Positions 44,874 through 58,130 of a stretch of DNA of 64,000 nt are shown here, in pieces. A program made the translations under genes and the position numbers. Within the stretch, counting starts at the first letter, position 1. The number at the start of each line of letters is the position of its first letter. The notes beneath the pieces are model-generated. The model was given only the letters and a program-made list of their open reading frames with translations. It had not been told where the DNA came from and searched no databases. The stretch lies in contig OZ024741.1 in assembly GCA_964016885.1 (NCBI GenBank), positions 386,818,001-386,882,000 on the forward strand. Reading direction: 5' to 3'. The stretch comes from Eledone cirrhosa. Its lineage: Eukaryota.

Positions 44874-45094
44874 CCCTTTAGCATTTACATTACTCTATAT
44901 ATACTTTGGTGTTTTCATGGTAAACACTTTATTTCACATAATTATCTCACATAATATCGAATCTACAAGATTTTGATGTTATTTATTTTGAGAACAATAC
45001 CTTAACGTTAGCGTGAGTGGCCAGTTATGGCCGGTTTGAACAGAAAGAAGTGAGAAAATTCTGGCTGGATATGGCCTGTTTAAATGCTAAAGGG
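44874..45094. mobile_element. piggyBac-like MITE
   Basis: TTAA-CCCTTTAGCATTTA ... TAAATGCTAAAGGG-TTAA. Confidence 0.85.
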
Positions 45095-45779
45095 TTAATC
45101 AACCAGATGCAAGTAAAAGGTATGGTAAAGTTACAAAATGCTGTCTCATAACACTGAACACCAACAATATTTCTAACAGTTTTCAAACATTTCTTTGTTG
45201 TTATGACATCTGATGTATGCCACATTAACATGTAACTTCAAATATTAGAAAAGTATTTGACTATGTGTATCATGAACCAATATAATATATCTTCCTTCCA
45301 CTTTTATATACAGTAAAGTGTGATGTTTAGGGTATTTGACTGTTATTTTTAGCTGGTTGAGCAACTATTTAGAAGTTCCTTATTGGCTCAAACATACCAC
45401 AGTAGTTTACAACTCTAGACCCATAAGAGAGAGAGAGAGAGGAAGAGTGCATGTATGTGAGAGAGAGTGTATATGTATGAGAGTGTGTATGTGTGAGAGA
45501 GAGAGCGTGTATGTGTGAGAGAGTGCGTATGTATGAGAGAGACAGTGTGTGTGTATGTGAGAGAGGGTGCATATGTGTTTGTGTGAGAGAGAGAGGGAGA
45601 GAGAGGGAGAGAGAGGGAGAGAGAGAGAGAGAGAGAGATCCAAAATGCCACTGCAAGATAATAAAATATTCATTAGTTATACAATGCTCCCACTTCTTGC
45701 AGCAGTGAACATTACCAAGCCCATGTTTTTGTGGGGTTTTCTTTATTTTTATTTTTTATTTATTGTCAGTTGAACTGAG

Positions 45780-46560
45780 TCAACAAGATTTAAGTATCTT
45801 CACTACAGACCCTGCCCAGCACCAAACCAGTAACAAGTTTGAGCTGTAGGGGTGCCATAGTGACATACAGCATATCTTGAGCATTTTAAGTCTAACTGAG
45901 CCCTTCCCGCTCCAGGTTTGAACACAGATGATTTCTTCTAGAAAAGATAGTGTGATAGAAAGGAAGTGAGAAAAAGATACAGAGGACAAATTGACCCTAG
46001 TACTTGACTGGTACATTTTTATCAACCTCAAAAGGATGAAAAGTAAAGTTGACCACAGTGTGTTTTGAACTCAGAGCATAGATAGCAGAAATAAATGCCA
46101 CAATGCATTCTATCCAAAATTCTAAAAACTGCCAATTTGTCAAGGCAGTGAATTGACAGTCTTTAGAACATCAGACAGAATGTTTTGTAGTATTTATTCC
46201 GGCTCTTTGCTCTCTGAGTTCAAATCCCGCCAAGGTCAACTTTGCCTTTCATCCTTTCAAAGTCAATAAAAAATTACCAATTTAATACTGGGGTTGTTTC
46301 TTTCTCTATATCTCTTTCTCACTTCCATTCTCTCACTTTCCATCCTTCTCTGGAAGAAATCTGCTGTACTCAGATCAGACCAGGAAAGGAGATGGGCTCT
46401 ACCATGTTTGAAAATGCCCTAGAAACACCATATATCAATACAGCACCCACCCCCACTCCCCGATTACTCCCTCGGGAGTTATGGGATCATGTATGCAGGC
46501 ATGCTAATTTGTCGCTTTCAGTAACAAGATATGAACTATCAAATCTTCAAGCAGTAGTCC
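45780..46560. mobile_element. Head-to-head pair of SINE family B copies with extended tails
   Basis: Minus copy about 45780-46140, plus copy about 46143-46560; the tails are mutually reverse-complementary. Confidence 0.65.
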
Positions 46561-46959
46561 AAATATCCTATTATGTTGTTTCAACTACTTCCATTAATAT
46601 ATTCATTACAAGCTAATGAAAGTGCTTCTACACAGTCACTTAACCTGGTAGAAATAGCAGCCAAATTTCTCTTAAATCATATCTTACCACCTTAACAAAA
46701 GAAGAGCAAATAATATAATTTAAGATATATAATGACTGGAGAGGAAAATGATGGTATGTCTACAGCCAACTGAAGCAGCTTTGATCATCGGTCAAATCAA
46801 TGAGGAAGTAATTATGTGGTCACTCGACCTGCTAGAAATAGTATCTATATCATTCTCCAGTCACACCCTACCATCTTAAAAAAGGTATAGTTCGATAATG
46901 AGGTTCTGTGTTCCTTTCACATAGGAAAAACATGAAATAGCCACAGTTGGAATGTGTTT

Positions 46960-47490
46960 TACCATAGGTCTACTTGATCAAGATTGACCTGGTGTTAAAC
47001 AACAGCAGTCTTTGATCATAGGTCTACTTGATCAAGATTGACCTGGTGTTAAACAACAGAGCTACTTGATCAAGAGTTTGACCTGGAGCTAAATAACACC
47101 TGTCTTTGATCCTCAGTTTTTTCAATCCAGAGTTTGATGTGGAGCTAAATAACATAAGTCTTTGATCCTCAGTTTTTTCAATCTAGAGTTTGATGTGGAG
47201 CTAAATAACACAAGTCTTTGATCCTCAGTTTTTTCAATCTAGAGTTTGAGGTGGAGCTAAATAACACAAGTCTTTGATCCTCAGTTTTTTCAATCTAGAG
47301 TTTGAGGTGGAGCTAAATAACACAAGTCTTTGATCCTCAGTTTTTTCAATCTAGAGTTTGAGGTGGAGCTAAATAACAATAACCTTTTATCCTCAGTCTT
47401 TTCAATCAAAATTTTGACCTGGAGCTAAATATCAACATCCTTTGATGCTCCATCTTTTCAATCAAGTGTTTGACCTGGAGTTAAACAAAA
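46960..47490. repeat. 56-bp tandem repeat grown from the end of an interspersed repeat (46620-47005)
   Basis: Period 56 (47161, 47217, 47273, 47329). Confidence 0.85.
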
Positions 47491-49292
47491 ACAGTCGTCA
47501 TTACATAACATAATAAACAAAATCAACACATTGTCTTAGAGGATAAAAATCAATCCAAATTTTATTATCACTATAAGATTAATACATCTTAAGAAATTGG
47601 ATCCATTTTAACCAGGATATCAATTAACAATTATCATTGTAACAAAACAATTATGTGTGATAAATAATGGTTTCTGATTTAGGCACAAGGCCAAGAATTT
47701 TGGCAGGAGAGGAAGTTGATTAATCTGACCCAGTATGTTACTGGTACTTTATTTTATTGACCCCATAAGGATGAAAGGCAAAGCTTAAATTGGCGGGATT
47801 TGAACTCAAAACATAAAAGGGCCATAAATTGTTATGCAACATGTGATTAATAACAATATGGAAACATGATATATTTAATGAACTACTCAATATCATCATT
47901 TGCATATATGTAAATAAGACCGCTATTTCGCCAATCACTCCAAAAGCACTGAGAAAACACTCTAAACCAAATGATAACCTGCACCCGTGACTCCTGCTAA
48001 ACTATCCTGTGACCTATCCTCCCAATTCGACAAACTAAACATGGACTGCAACAGCCACCAAATGAGGAAGACAAACGTTATGAAGCTGCAGCTGTCATAT
48101 TACATAGTTTCTGTATAATAGAGCTAATAAAACTATTATCTGCAACAGCTACAACCCCATTACATGATGAGCAATGCTCCACCTTCTCCCAGTGTCTCTG
48201 AGTTTTAATACCCCAAACTATCACTTAGAAGACATGATACTGCTAAAGACTGTCATATGATAAAGAATAACTGCATTACTGGCAACTTTTCAGTCCTCTA
48301 CAACTTATCTTACTTCACACTTTTGATATTCAATAGTTTCAGTCAGTGTTAGCATGTCTAATGTAGTGAAGAGGGCTGGTACCAGAGTATTCAGTACTCT
48401 AGGCCAGCCCTGTAATATATACCCCTTTGACCAATTCTTTCTATAACTTCCTTCAGTAGCAGCACATGGCCTAGTAGTAGTGTGTTGGACTTATGATCAT
48501 AATGTTGACGATTTGATTCCTGGACTGAGTTGTGTGTTGTGTTCTTAAGCACTTCATTTCACATTACTCTAGTATACCAGTATACTCAGCTGAAAACGAA
48601 TTCCAGAAGTGACCTCATCTGCTCACTTTATTACAAAGTTTTTGTGTTTTGTGTTTTAAATTGGATTAAGAAATGTTGCCTAAGTTATTCAGAATTTGTG
48701 GAGTGCCCACAGATTTGAGTAGTCTATGTAATCCCCTAATTTGTCTAATGTCATTCGCCCTGGTAGTTAGCATTAAATAGTTAATTTGAAATCATCATCA
48801 TCGATTAAAATCAAGTTTTTCTATGCTTCCAATTATTGTGGTCCCTTTTCATCTCTGTGAGCCAACAATATTTCACAAAAATTCATATTAACTACATTTT
48901 TAAAATAAATATTTATTATCAAGTTCTCTCCCTTTAGTTAATGGAAACACTTGGGGAAATTTCTTCTTCAAGTTTATACCTGGGTCAGCCATGATCAATT
49001 AAGTATATTCCAGCCAAGAACATTCCATCTTTCCTTCAGTGATAATGTTGTCTAGGACAACATTATCTAATGTGCCCTTCCATTTAATTTAAAATGGTAG
49101 GGTGGTATTTTAGAAGTTTGGCCGTTTAGCAACCACATATAGGCTCCCTTTTGGGTTTATTGGAAATTTTGTTAAATCTCATGGTACGAAATTGAGGAAG
49201 GGAATCTGTGGTCTTAATGAAATGTTGATGTAAATAGTTGGGCATTAGAGAAATATAGCAGAAGAGGTTGTATTTTTACCAAAATATTTGTA

Positions 49293-49548
49293 GGACACTA
49301 GTGGTATTGGACTATGATCCTAATATCATGGGTTTGATTCCTGAACTGGGTTGTGTATTATGTTCTTGAGCACTTCATTTCATGTTGCTCCAGTATACTC
49401 AGCTGGAAATGAGTACCAACAATAGCTGGAGGTTTAATCCTGCAATGGATGGACTGGCGTCCAGTCCATTCAGTCACTTCACACCAGAGAAATCGGAACA
49501 AGCACCGGCCTTATGAGCCTCAGGGCTCGAGACAGGCTATGGACTTTT
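49293..49548 (+). mobile_element. SINE family A
   Basis: Same motifs as 24961-25240. Confidence 0.75.
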
Positions 49549-49599
49549 TATGATGATATTATAGATTAGGAAATCTATATTACCCTAACTGTATAGCTT

Positions 49600-50000
49600 T
49601 TTTGTCCACCTGTCACAGACTGGAGAGAAATGAAGCAACTATGCTCTGATTGATGTGCAATGCTAATGGGTGCATAAATTACAAATCATGGATGAGCTGA
49701 GAGCAAAGATAGGTATAGAGGGATCTGATGTAGTGGCAGGAGAGAATACTGCACTGGTATGGACATGTGATGTATATGGCTGATGATTGTTGAGTGAAGA
49801 AGTGCTGAGAAATCCCAGTGTAAGAAAGCTGCAGTAGAGGGAGACCTTGGCAGATATTGTGAGAGCTGATCTCAAATTGCTGAGGCTGAGAGGAAATGAC
49901 AAAGGACTGCAACGAGTGGAAGAATGTTGTGCTGGAAAAGACCCAGACAACCAATGCAAACATGGAAAAGCAGATGTAAAATGGTGACAAAGATGATGAT
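49600..50000 (+). mobile_element. RTE LINE 3' fragment
   Basis: ERILHWYGHV motif and the RTE tail. Confidence 0.65.
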
Positions 50001-50559
50001 ATACATATGTGTGTGTGTTTGTATGTGTGTGTCTTTGTGTGTGTTTATGTGTGTGTGTATGTGTTTTTGTGTGTTTGTGTGTGTATGTGTTTTGTGTGTG
50101 TGCTTATGAGTGTGTTTGTGTGTGTGTAATACACAAACATAGCTTTGTTAAAGTTTGATGAAGAAACTAAATATTACTTAATCTGTCCATAAAATGTGTG
50201 ATTATGTAATAGTATCGATAACATGGTGTGTATATTTGTTCTATAATATCGATCTTTCATGCAAATCTATATAATAGACTGAAATAACGAAACTAAAAAT
50301 GAACAATATATACCCAGCATATATTGTTTCTAACACAGACAGAAACTAGAAATTTTGTGGGCAAGGGTAGTTGATTATATCAATCCCAGTATTTAACTGG
50401 TATTTTATCTGATTCTGGTTTAGTTTCTACAGCTGGAGCCCTCCTAACACCAACCACATTTACAACATGGACTGAGTGCATTTTATATATTAAAACAAAA
50501 TAAATGTTAAGTAGTTGGAATTGAGTCTTAGTTGGGTAAGTCAAAACAAAAAGTGTCAA

Positions 50560-50733
50560 ACACCAGGTTTGTCAACTATGTTGTGTAAGTGCAGTAAATA
50601 AATATATGCATATACACCAGGTTTGTCAACTATGTTGTGTAAGTGCAGTAAATAAATATATGCATATACACCAGGTTTGTCAACTATGTTGTGTAAGTGC
50701 AGTAAATAAATATATGCATATACACCAGGTTTG
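50560..50733. repeat. Perfect 54-bp tandem triplication
   Basis: Units start at 50561, 50615, 50669 and (partial) 50723. Confidence 0.95.
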
Positions 50734-50739
50734 AACACA

Positions 50740-51220
50740 AAAGAACAAAACTCCCACTGTCACTGTCTTTCCTGCTCGCCCCTCTTTCACTATTATGAGC
50801 AAATGGGGGCCCACGTGCTGACCACCCCACGGCCCCGCTGGACTGGCTACCCCCGGTCCCAGTGGACAGAATAGAGAAGGCGTTTCCCTGGAGAATGGTG
50901 AGAGAGACACACTGGAAGAGCCATTCCAGCTTGTGAGGCTCACACCTGCTGGTAGCCAACTCTGTGACAAGGGTGGTGAATAGGGAGGTGGTCCTAGGGC
51001 CAATGACAGCAGAAGTCTCCACTGCTATGGGCTCAACCACAAACCTGTTAGAGAGCAACTAATATTTGGAGAGTTTACCCCTCTTGGCCCAAAGTGCAGC
51101 ATAGCCTGGGTTAGTTACAGACTGCACCAGGTTGCCACTGGAAAATGTGTTGCTGCATGTGACATCCAAGATGAGGGGTCTGCCTCAGCATAACAGGAAG
51201 ATAGTCATGCTGTCTAGCCT
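50740..51220 (-). mobile_element. CRE-like non-LTR element C-terminal fragment
   Basis: LSNRFVVEPIAVETSAVIGP..WLFQCVSLTILQGNAFSIL. Confidence 0.75.
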
Positions 51221-51223
51221 TTT

Positions 51224-51966
51224 TAATAATAATAATAATAATAATGAAATATTGTGTACAGTGCTCAGGTGCACTACAACTCATCAAAAAGTGTGTGTAT
51301 AGAACATAGGGTAATGTACAAACGTCAGGAAAATGAACAGTCCATGAGTCATGATATACACATGTATGGAAGGGGTACATCAGGTGTAGTTTTGGCGTAT
51401 TTCGGGAAGCACGAGGGTTTTAAAGGATGCAGTGTCTCGGCAGCTAACAACTGTCGCAGGCAGTTTGTTCCATGCTTCAGCAACTCTGAGCGTGAAAAAA
51501 TGTTTACGAAAGTCATGGGAGCTGTGCTGTGTTCTGATTTTGTAGGCATGTCCACATGTGTTAGACACATGGAGATCAAAAAGGTGCTCAGGGTTGGCGA
51601 GATGGTTAATAACTTTGTGGGTGTTTACTAAGTCCATTGCCAGATATCGGAGCTTCAATGAATCCATGCCCAGGGAAGCAAGGCGTTCAGAGTATGGTAG
51701 GTGTCTGATGGAGGGTATGCGCTTGGTTGCACGTCTCTGAACAGTTTCCAGGAGGTCAATGTTCTGAGCATGATAGGGGTTCCAGACTGATGATGTGAAT
51801 TCCAAGTGTGGTCGTACCATAGCTGTATACAGCTTTAAATAGATGGCTGGAGAGCGGCTAACAAAGGTCTTGCTGAGTGATGCCAAGACACCCTCGGCCT
51901 TCTTGACAATCTTAGAGACATGCTCTGTCCAATGCAAATCGCTGCTGACAGTAATGCCCAGGTCCG
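51224..51966 (-). mobile_element. 5'-truncated CR1-like LINE (ORF2 C-terminus 51380-51937)
   Basis: DLGITVSSDLHW..LYTAMVRPHLEF..VWNP..LETVQRRATK..YSERL..RKHFFTLRVAEAWNKLP; (TTA)n tail. Confidence 0.92.
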
Positions 51967-52632
51967 TGAAACAAATGTGTTACCACTGGTAACATCAATA
52001 CTACTCATCATTAATGGAGAAAGCAATACACTGAGTAGGTGACAAAATAATTTTGATCTCCAGTCGACCTCTGATGGAAGGAATATTGCACTATGAAAGC
52101 TGTATGTAAAATATAATCCTAAATTCATCAACAAGATCCCAGGCCTCATTCACTTACAGAGTGGAGCAAACTCATCCAATTGAACCAAAAAAAACAGTGT
52201 TTACATTGGTCTTTCCGTTGTTGATACTACCTACAAGTCACAACTCCTGGCAGAAAGGGCAATGTGAAACACTGTGTCTTGCCCAAGGACATAACGCATT
52301 GTCCAGTTCTGAATTCAAACTCATAACCTCACAATTACAAAAGCAATTCTCTAATTGAGATACATAATATCTACAATTTAATATCTACACTATAATAGTT
52401 GTAATAAATCTATGCCATTTATAAAATAATATTAATACATGATACATGATATATAATTATAATATAGTATAGTTCTATGACCTATCCTATAATATAGATA
52501 TACAATATTACACACACACATACACACACATAAACACACGTACATACACATGCATACACACACACATACACACACATACACACATACATACACACGCATA
52601 CACACATATATACATACACACATGCATATATG

Positions 52633-52663
<31 letters not shown>

Positions 52664-53005
52664 TTCAAAACTTGAGAAGCATTACAAAAAATGTTTAATT
52701 TTAAATGACTGTGTACCAAACCAAATGACCATAATAATTGTCCATTATTGTAAATAATAGTTGAGAATATCAGATAAATTAACCCTGGAGAGAAAAAAAG
52801 TGAACAAAGGCTCATGAACCAAATGAGGAAACTTCTATGTGGTGACATTACCTCCTAGAAATGGCAGCCAAATTTCACTGAAATCCCGTCCTTCATTATT
52901 AAAAAATGGAAGGGCACAGTCGTCAGTTTATTTCTGGATACACAAAAAAGATGAAATGGTCACAGCAGAAGGCTTTTGATAACAGATAGGCCTACTTCAA
53001 CAGGG

Positions 53006-53245
53006 TGGAGGCACATGGCTTAGTGGTAAGGGTGTTGGACTTATGATCATGTCGTGGCTTTGATTCCTGGGTTGCATGTTGTGTTCTAGAGCAAAACACT
53101 GCAGCAATAGCTGGGGGTTTAACCCTGCGATGGACTGGCATCCTGTCCAGGGGGGAGTCTTGCACTCTCAGTCGCTTCATGCCATGAAACCGGGATAAGC
53201 ACCAGCCAAATGAACCTTCTGGCTTAAGACAGACTTTAGACTAGA
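53006..53245 (+). mobile_element. SINE family A
   Basis: tRNA-like head and tail as in 24961-25240. Confidence 0.8.
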
Positions 53246-53884
53246 CTTGGTCAGGGCAGATATGTGGAAACATGGCTAAATAAAATACCTTGTTGCAGTT
53301 ATAAAGGAAGGTGGGGCAGAGGTTGAAATATTATGGACTGCTGAAGGATATTTTTTCAAATAAAGTAAGGAATGATCATTTTAACCCTTTCACACCAAAT
53401 GACACACACACATAGTGGTAAGGGTGTTGGACTTACAATCATAATGTTGTGGGTCCAATTCCAGGACTGGGTTGTGTGTTGTGTTCTTGAGAAAAATACT
53501 CAGCTGGAAATGAGTACCAGCAATAGCTGGGGGGTTTAACCCTGTGATCAGGGGCTTCGTTTGCCTTGAAAATGTGAGGGGGACAAACCATCATTTGTTG
53601 ATTCTTAAAGAAGCATAAATAGCTTATGGTGCCTTTCCCAGACCCTATCACATAAGTAAAATTTTACGCTAATTAAATTTTATATATTCAAATGAAGTTC
53701 AGATATAAAAAAATAAGCTTAAAAAGAATATTGTTATACTTTGGGAGGGTCATGTTGCCAATAAGAAACACACGCACCAGTTGCTTTCACTTCAATTTAT
53801 TATAATATATTTATAATAAATTTATAAATTTATAAATTTCTGGTTGGTTGGTTGGTTCCACAACTAGATAGTTGTTTATATATT

Positions 53885-53927
53885 GTCATAGTTCTTTCGT
53901 CACACACTCTGTGACCTCTTCAGTGAC
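53885..53927 (-). ncRNA. Type I minimal hammerhead ribozyme (mirror copy)
   Basis: Exact reverse complement of 54041-54083. Confidence 0.7.
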
Positions 53928-54040
53928 TGGGGATTCCTTTCTTTGTTTTTGTGCCTCTCCTTTGTTCTGTCCTACGCCAGAAACAAAATGGCGTAGGACA
54001 GAACAAAGGAGAGGCACAAAAACAAAGAAAGGAATCCCCA

Positions 54041-54083
54041 GTCACTGAAGAGGTCACAGAGTGTGTGACGAAAGAACTATGAC
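54041..54083 (+). ncRNA. Type I minimal hammerhead ribozyme (predicted)
   Basis: GTCA-CTGAAGA-G-GTCACA-GAGTG-TGTGAC-GAAA-G-AA-C-TA-TGAC; CUA triplet 54077-54079. Confidence 0.7.
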
Positions 54084-54522
54084 AATATATAAACAACTAT
54101 CTAGTTGTGGAACCAACCAACCAACCAGAAATTTATAAATTTATAAATTTATTATAAATTTATTATAATAAATTGAAGTGAAAGCAACTGGTGCGTGTGT
54201 TTCTTATTGGCAACATGACCCTCCCAAAGTATAACAATATCGGTTTCAACACACCATTTCAGATAAAGAATCTTGCTAAACAAAAACTTAAAAAGAATTT
54301 ATAATATCAAATAAACAAAAAATAAAATATAGACGTTTGAAAAAGTAGGGGGGGTGGGGGACTTGTCCCCTGGTACCCCACTGAAACCAGGCCATTGCCT
54401 GTGATGGATTTGTGTCCTGTCCAAGGGAGAGTCTTGTACTCACAGTCGCTTCAGGCCACGGAAACCAGGACAAGCAGCAGCTTGATGAACTTCATGGCTT
54501 GAGACAGACTTATATATATGTA

Positions 54523-54927
54523 TATATATTGGAAAAAAGAAAAGAATGACTTCACTTAGTTGGTATTCTATTATAACAATTTAATTTTATAATTTTACAA
54601 TTTTATTTAGATCTAATAAGTCTTTGTTAACTTCGGAGGAAAGTTTTTCTTAAAAATCCTGGTTAACTTTCTGGAGAACTTTCTCGCATTCGTCAACCAG
54701 GATTTTTAAGAAAAACTTTCCACTGAAATTAACAAAGGACTTATCAGATCTACATAGCAAAATTATAAAATTAAATTGTTATAGAATACCAACTACAAGT
54801 GAAATCATTCTTTTCCTTTTTTCGAATATATAAATTTCTTTTGAATGACACAGGACTAGAACTGTTTCATTTAAGGAAAGCATCAGGGCTTACTATCTGT
54901 GGTTACCCCCGATTGAACCTGGGTCTC
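54523..54927 (+). mobile_element. Fold-back insertion with pLTR-like tail
   Basis: Imperfect arms about 54523-54667/54692-54832; tail motif shared with 4195-4288. Confidence 0.75.
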
Positions 54928-54933
54928 ATATAT

Positions 54934-54985
<52 letters not shown>

Positions 54986-55170
54986 TAATCATCGTTTAAC
55001 ATCTATCTTCCATGCTATATATATATATATTGTCATCCTCATCATATATGTATGCATATATATATATGCATACATACATATATATACATACATATATATG
55101 CATACATATATATATATATATATGCATACGTATATATATGTATATGTATGCATATATATATATGTAAGTA

Positions 55171-55232
<62 letters not shown>

Positions 55233-55404
55233 AACCAGTAATTTTTTTTTTAGTCCAGAATTAGCCGTCGAAACGGCTTGAGCTCAGCCGTCGGGGTCTT
55301 AATTGTTCCTATTACCCACTCTACTACCCCAAGTATTGAGTACTTTGGTGCGTTATGGTCCACCTGGTTCCTTACCACATTTCCTTCGTTATATATATAT
55401 ATAT

Positions 55405-56120
55405 AACATTTAAAATTCGACCAAGGATTATTATTTATTCATACATCTATGGTCGTTCCAATGCAGCTAGAGTATCTCATTGTGGAGAAAAAAACAGATA
55501 TTATCAGTAAAATTACTATTAAATTATAGGAGCTCTACTCAAAGCAGTCTCTCTTCAGGAAATAATAAAAAAAAAATAACAGTAAATTGATCAATATCAT
55601 AACATAAATTATCAGCAATAATACAGGATTCAAATTAATGTGCATTCAAAAGGGTGGAATATATAAATGTAATAGCATAAACTTGGGCATATTTTTAGAC
55701 ATGCAAAAAATAAAAGATTATCAGTGTCTTTCCACAAGTATGTTAAAAATACGTTAAAATTGTTAATTGATTACTGCAGGAGTTGTTATAAAGGATGTTT
55801 TTATGAGATAAGATTGCAGTGCTTAGCATTTTTAAAACTTTTGTAAAAAGATTTGAAAATGTTTAGAAGACATTTCGTTAGATAAAGATCTCATGCAATT
55901 GTAAAGTAAGATTGAATTAATGCAGTAAAAACATTTTTTTAAAACGACCGTAGATGTATAAATAAATAATAATAATACTAATCCTTGGTCTTATTGAGGT
56001 TTGAATTATAAATACTCTGCCACTCTAACTGCTCGCTCCTGAAGAACGATGGGTAAAAATGTGCATTAAGCTTAACTCATCTTAGCAATGAAAATAGTGA
56101 ACTTTTACATTATAACCTCA
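55405..56120. mobile_element. Old fold-back with a long spacer
   Basis: GACCAAGGATTA..ATACATCTATGGTCGTT (55418-55457) inverted at 55943-55990; lies between (TA)n tracts. Confidence 0.5.
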
Positions 56121-56434
56121 TATATATATATATATATATATATATCATGAATATCCTCATCGTTTAACGTCCATCTTGCATGCTAGCAAGATGGGTTTGT
56201 CCCATTTAGAAGCAAGTTGGGTCGGGTGACCTTGTCTCGCTCATATAGGACAGTTTCTGGCTGGATTTCTATGGCTGGATGCCCTTCCTAGCGCCAACCC
56301 CATTTACAGTGTGTAGTTGCCGCTTTTTACCATGTCTTTTATATGACTACTTTACAGTGTGGGCTGGGTGATTTTTGTCGTGACACCTACACGACCACTT
56401 ACATATATATATATATACATATGCATATATATTT

Positions 56435-56862
56435 ATATTAAATTTAACCCTTTAGCCATTTAGTCCATTTATGGGAGTATAAGCCAGACAAACAAAAAAA
56501 ATATTTTAGCTAGTCTCGCTTATATAAAGATCTCCCTATCATGGCTTCTTTTGCAGAACTACATTTATTTTTGCAGAACTACTTTTATTAGAACTACCAA
56601 TAATTGAAGAATCCGCAATAGCCTCTTAATTTTTGAAGAATTAAACTCCCCTGAAGAGTATTGCTGATTCTTCACTTATTAGTAACGAGATCTTTATATA
56701 AGTGAGACTAGCTAAAATATTCATTTGTCTGGCTGGTTTATACTCCCATAAATAGAGTTAAATTTAATATGTAATATTGCTTCTCTGAATGATATCTTAT
56801 CTATATATTGTATCCACTCATTGAGGTGTTTAAGTATTAAAGGCTAATTAACCGTTAATTAA
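56435..56862 (+). mobile_element. Fold-back insertion with HHR relic (56651-56706)
   Basis: Arms about 56435-56630/56650-56770; CTGAAGA..TTGCTGAT/ATTAGTAA..GAGA (GAAA mutated in both arms). Confidence 0.65.
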
Positions 56863-57376
56863 TATATATATATACATATATACATATATATTGTCATCAT
56901 CATATATGTATATATATAGAAGTGTGCATGTATATAGATATAGATGCATACCTGAGATAGGTGGGTTGTGATGATCTGAGGCTAGACAGCTCAGGTAACC
57001 ACATCTTGCTTATACATTCCATTTTTAGCTTGGTTTCTATAGTTTGATGTCATCCACTTTATAGTGTGTACAGGGAGAATTTTATCATGACTCCATCACC
57101 ACCAACTTACAGGGTGAACTTGTTGCTTTTTGTCATGGCACCAGGAATACCACTTTACAGAATGTACTGAGTTCATTTTATTATGGGGCCAGTGTATATA
57201 TTTATTTACATCAATATATATTCATGTGAACATATATATTTCCATCTGTATATATATACGCAATGAAAATATATATTTACATTTATATATATGCATATGA
57301 AAATATATATTTACATCTATATATACGCATATGGATATATATATGCATATAAATATACATTCATTCATATATATAT

Positions 57377-57441
<65 letters not shown>

Positions 57442-58083
57442 TAGAATTCAAATTTAAAAATATATGTATATAGCCATATATCATTAGAGAAACACATTGT
57501 ATTATGTACATATATATAAAAGGCATAAAATATTAAGGAACAGAATATGCTTCAAGGTGGAAAAGTTATTATTTTCCTTACAGCCGCCGTCTCAGCTCGC
57601 AAAACTGGAGCAAAACTAATACTCAGAGGAAATCGTGTTATAAGTTCCAATAAAGTACAAAAAACTTATATATCTGTCATATTCCGAGAAGTAGTCAATC
57701 TGTACCTTGTGATATGAAGTAAGTACACTTTTAATGAGTTATAGTGCACCTGAGCACTGTACACAATATTTTCATTACTATTATATCTGCCATCACTGTT
57801 AAAACTTACTTCCCACCACCATGTATGGATTGATTACTGCTTGGAACGTACAAAATACTGTGTTTCTCTCATGATATATGGTTATATAGAGATTTTTCAA
57901 TTTGTATTACTAATGTTCGGGACAAACATCCATTGAGCTTTTCTGCTGAGAAGCATGTTCATCATACATATTATATATGTTATAATACTTTAAATTGTTA
58001 TATATATCATCATCATATATATATATATTTGTTGTTTTAACGTCAGCTTTCCCTGTTAGCAAGGGTTGCACTCACACACACAT

Positions 58084-58121
<38 letters not shown>

Positions 58122-58130
<9 letters not shown>

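Larger units (their letters stand above)
53728..54240. repeat. Near-perfect palindrome, 252-bp arms, 9-nt loop
   Basis: Arms 53728-53979 and 53989-54240; one mismatch seen by eye. Confidence 0.95.
53549..54397. mobile_element. hAT-like non-autonomous DNA transposon
   Basis: 8-bp TSD CCTGTGAT (53541-53548, 54398-54405); degenerate TIRs CAGGGGCTTCGTTT / CAATGGCCTGGTTT. Confidence 0.75.
53405..54511 (+). mobile_element. SINE family A split by a DNA transposon (halves 53405-53548 and 54398-54511)
   Basis: The halves join at AACCCTGTGAT|GGA as in intact copies. Confidence 0.8.

Noticed and set aside
46960-50733. CRISPR-like appearance of the 56-bp and 54-bp repeats
   Set aside because: No unique spacers, no cas genes, eukaryotic context.
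57572-57628. HHR-like motif on the minus strand (CCT-CTGA..GAGAC..GTA-AGG)
   Set aside because: Both core segments are broken; too degenerate to call.
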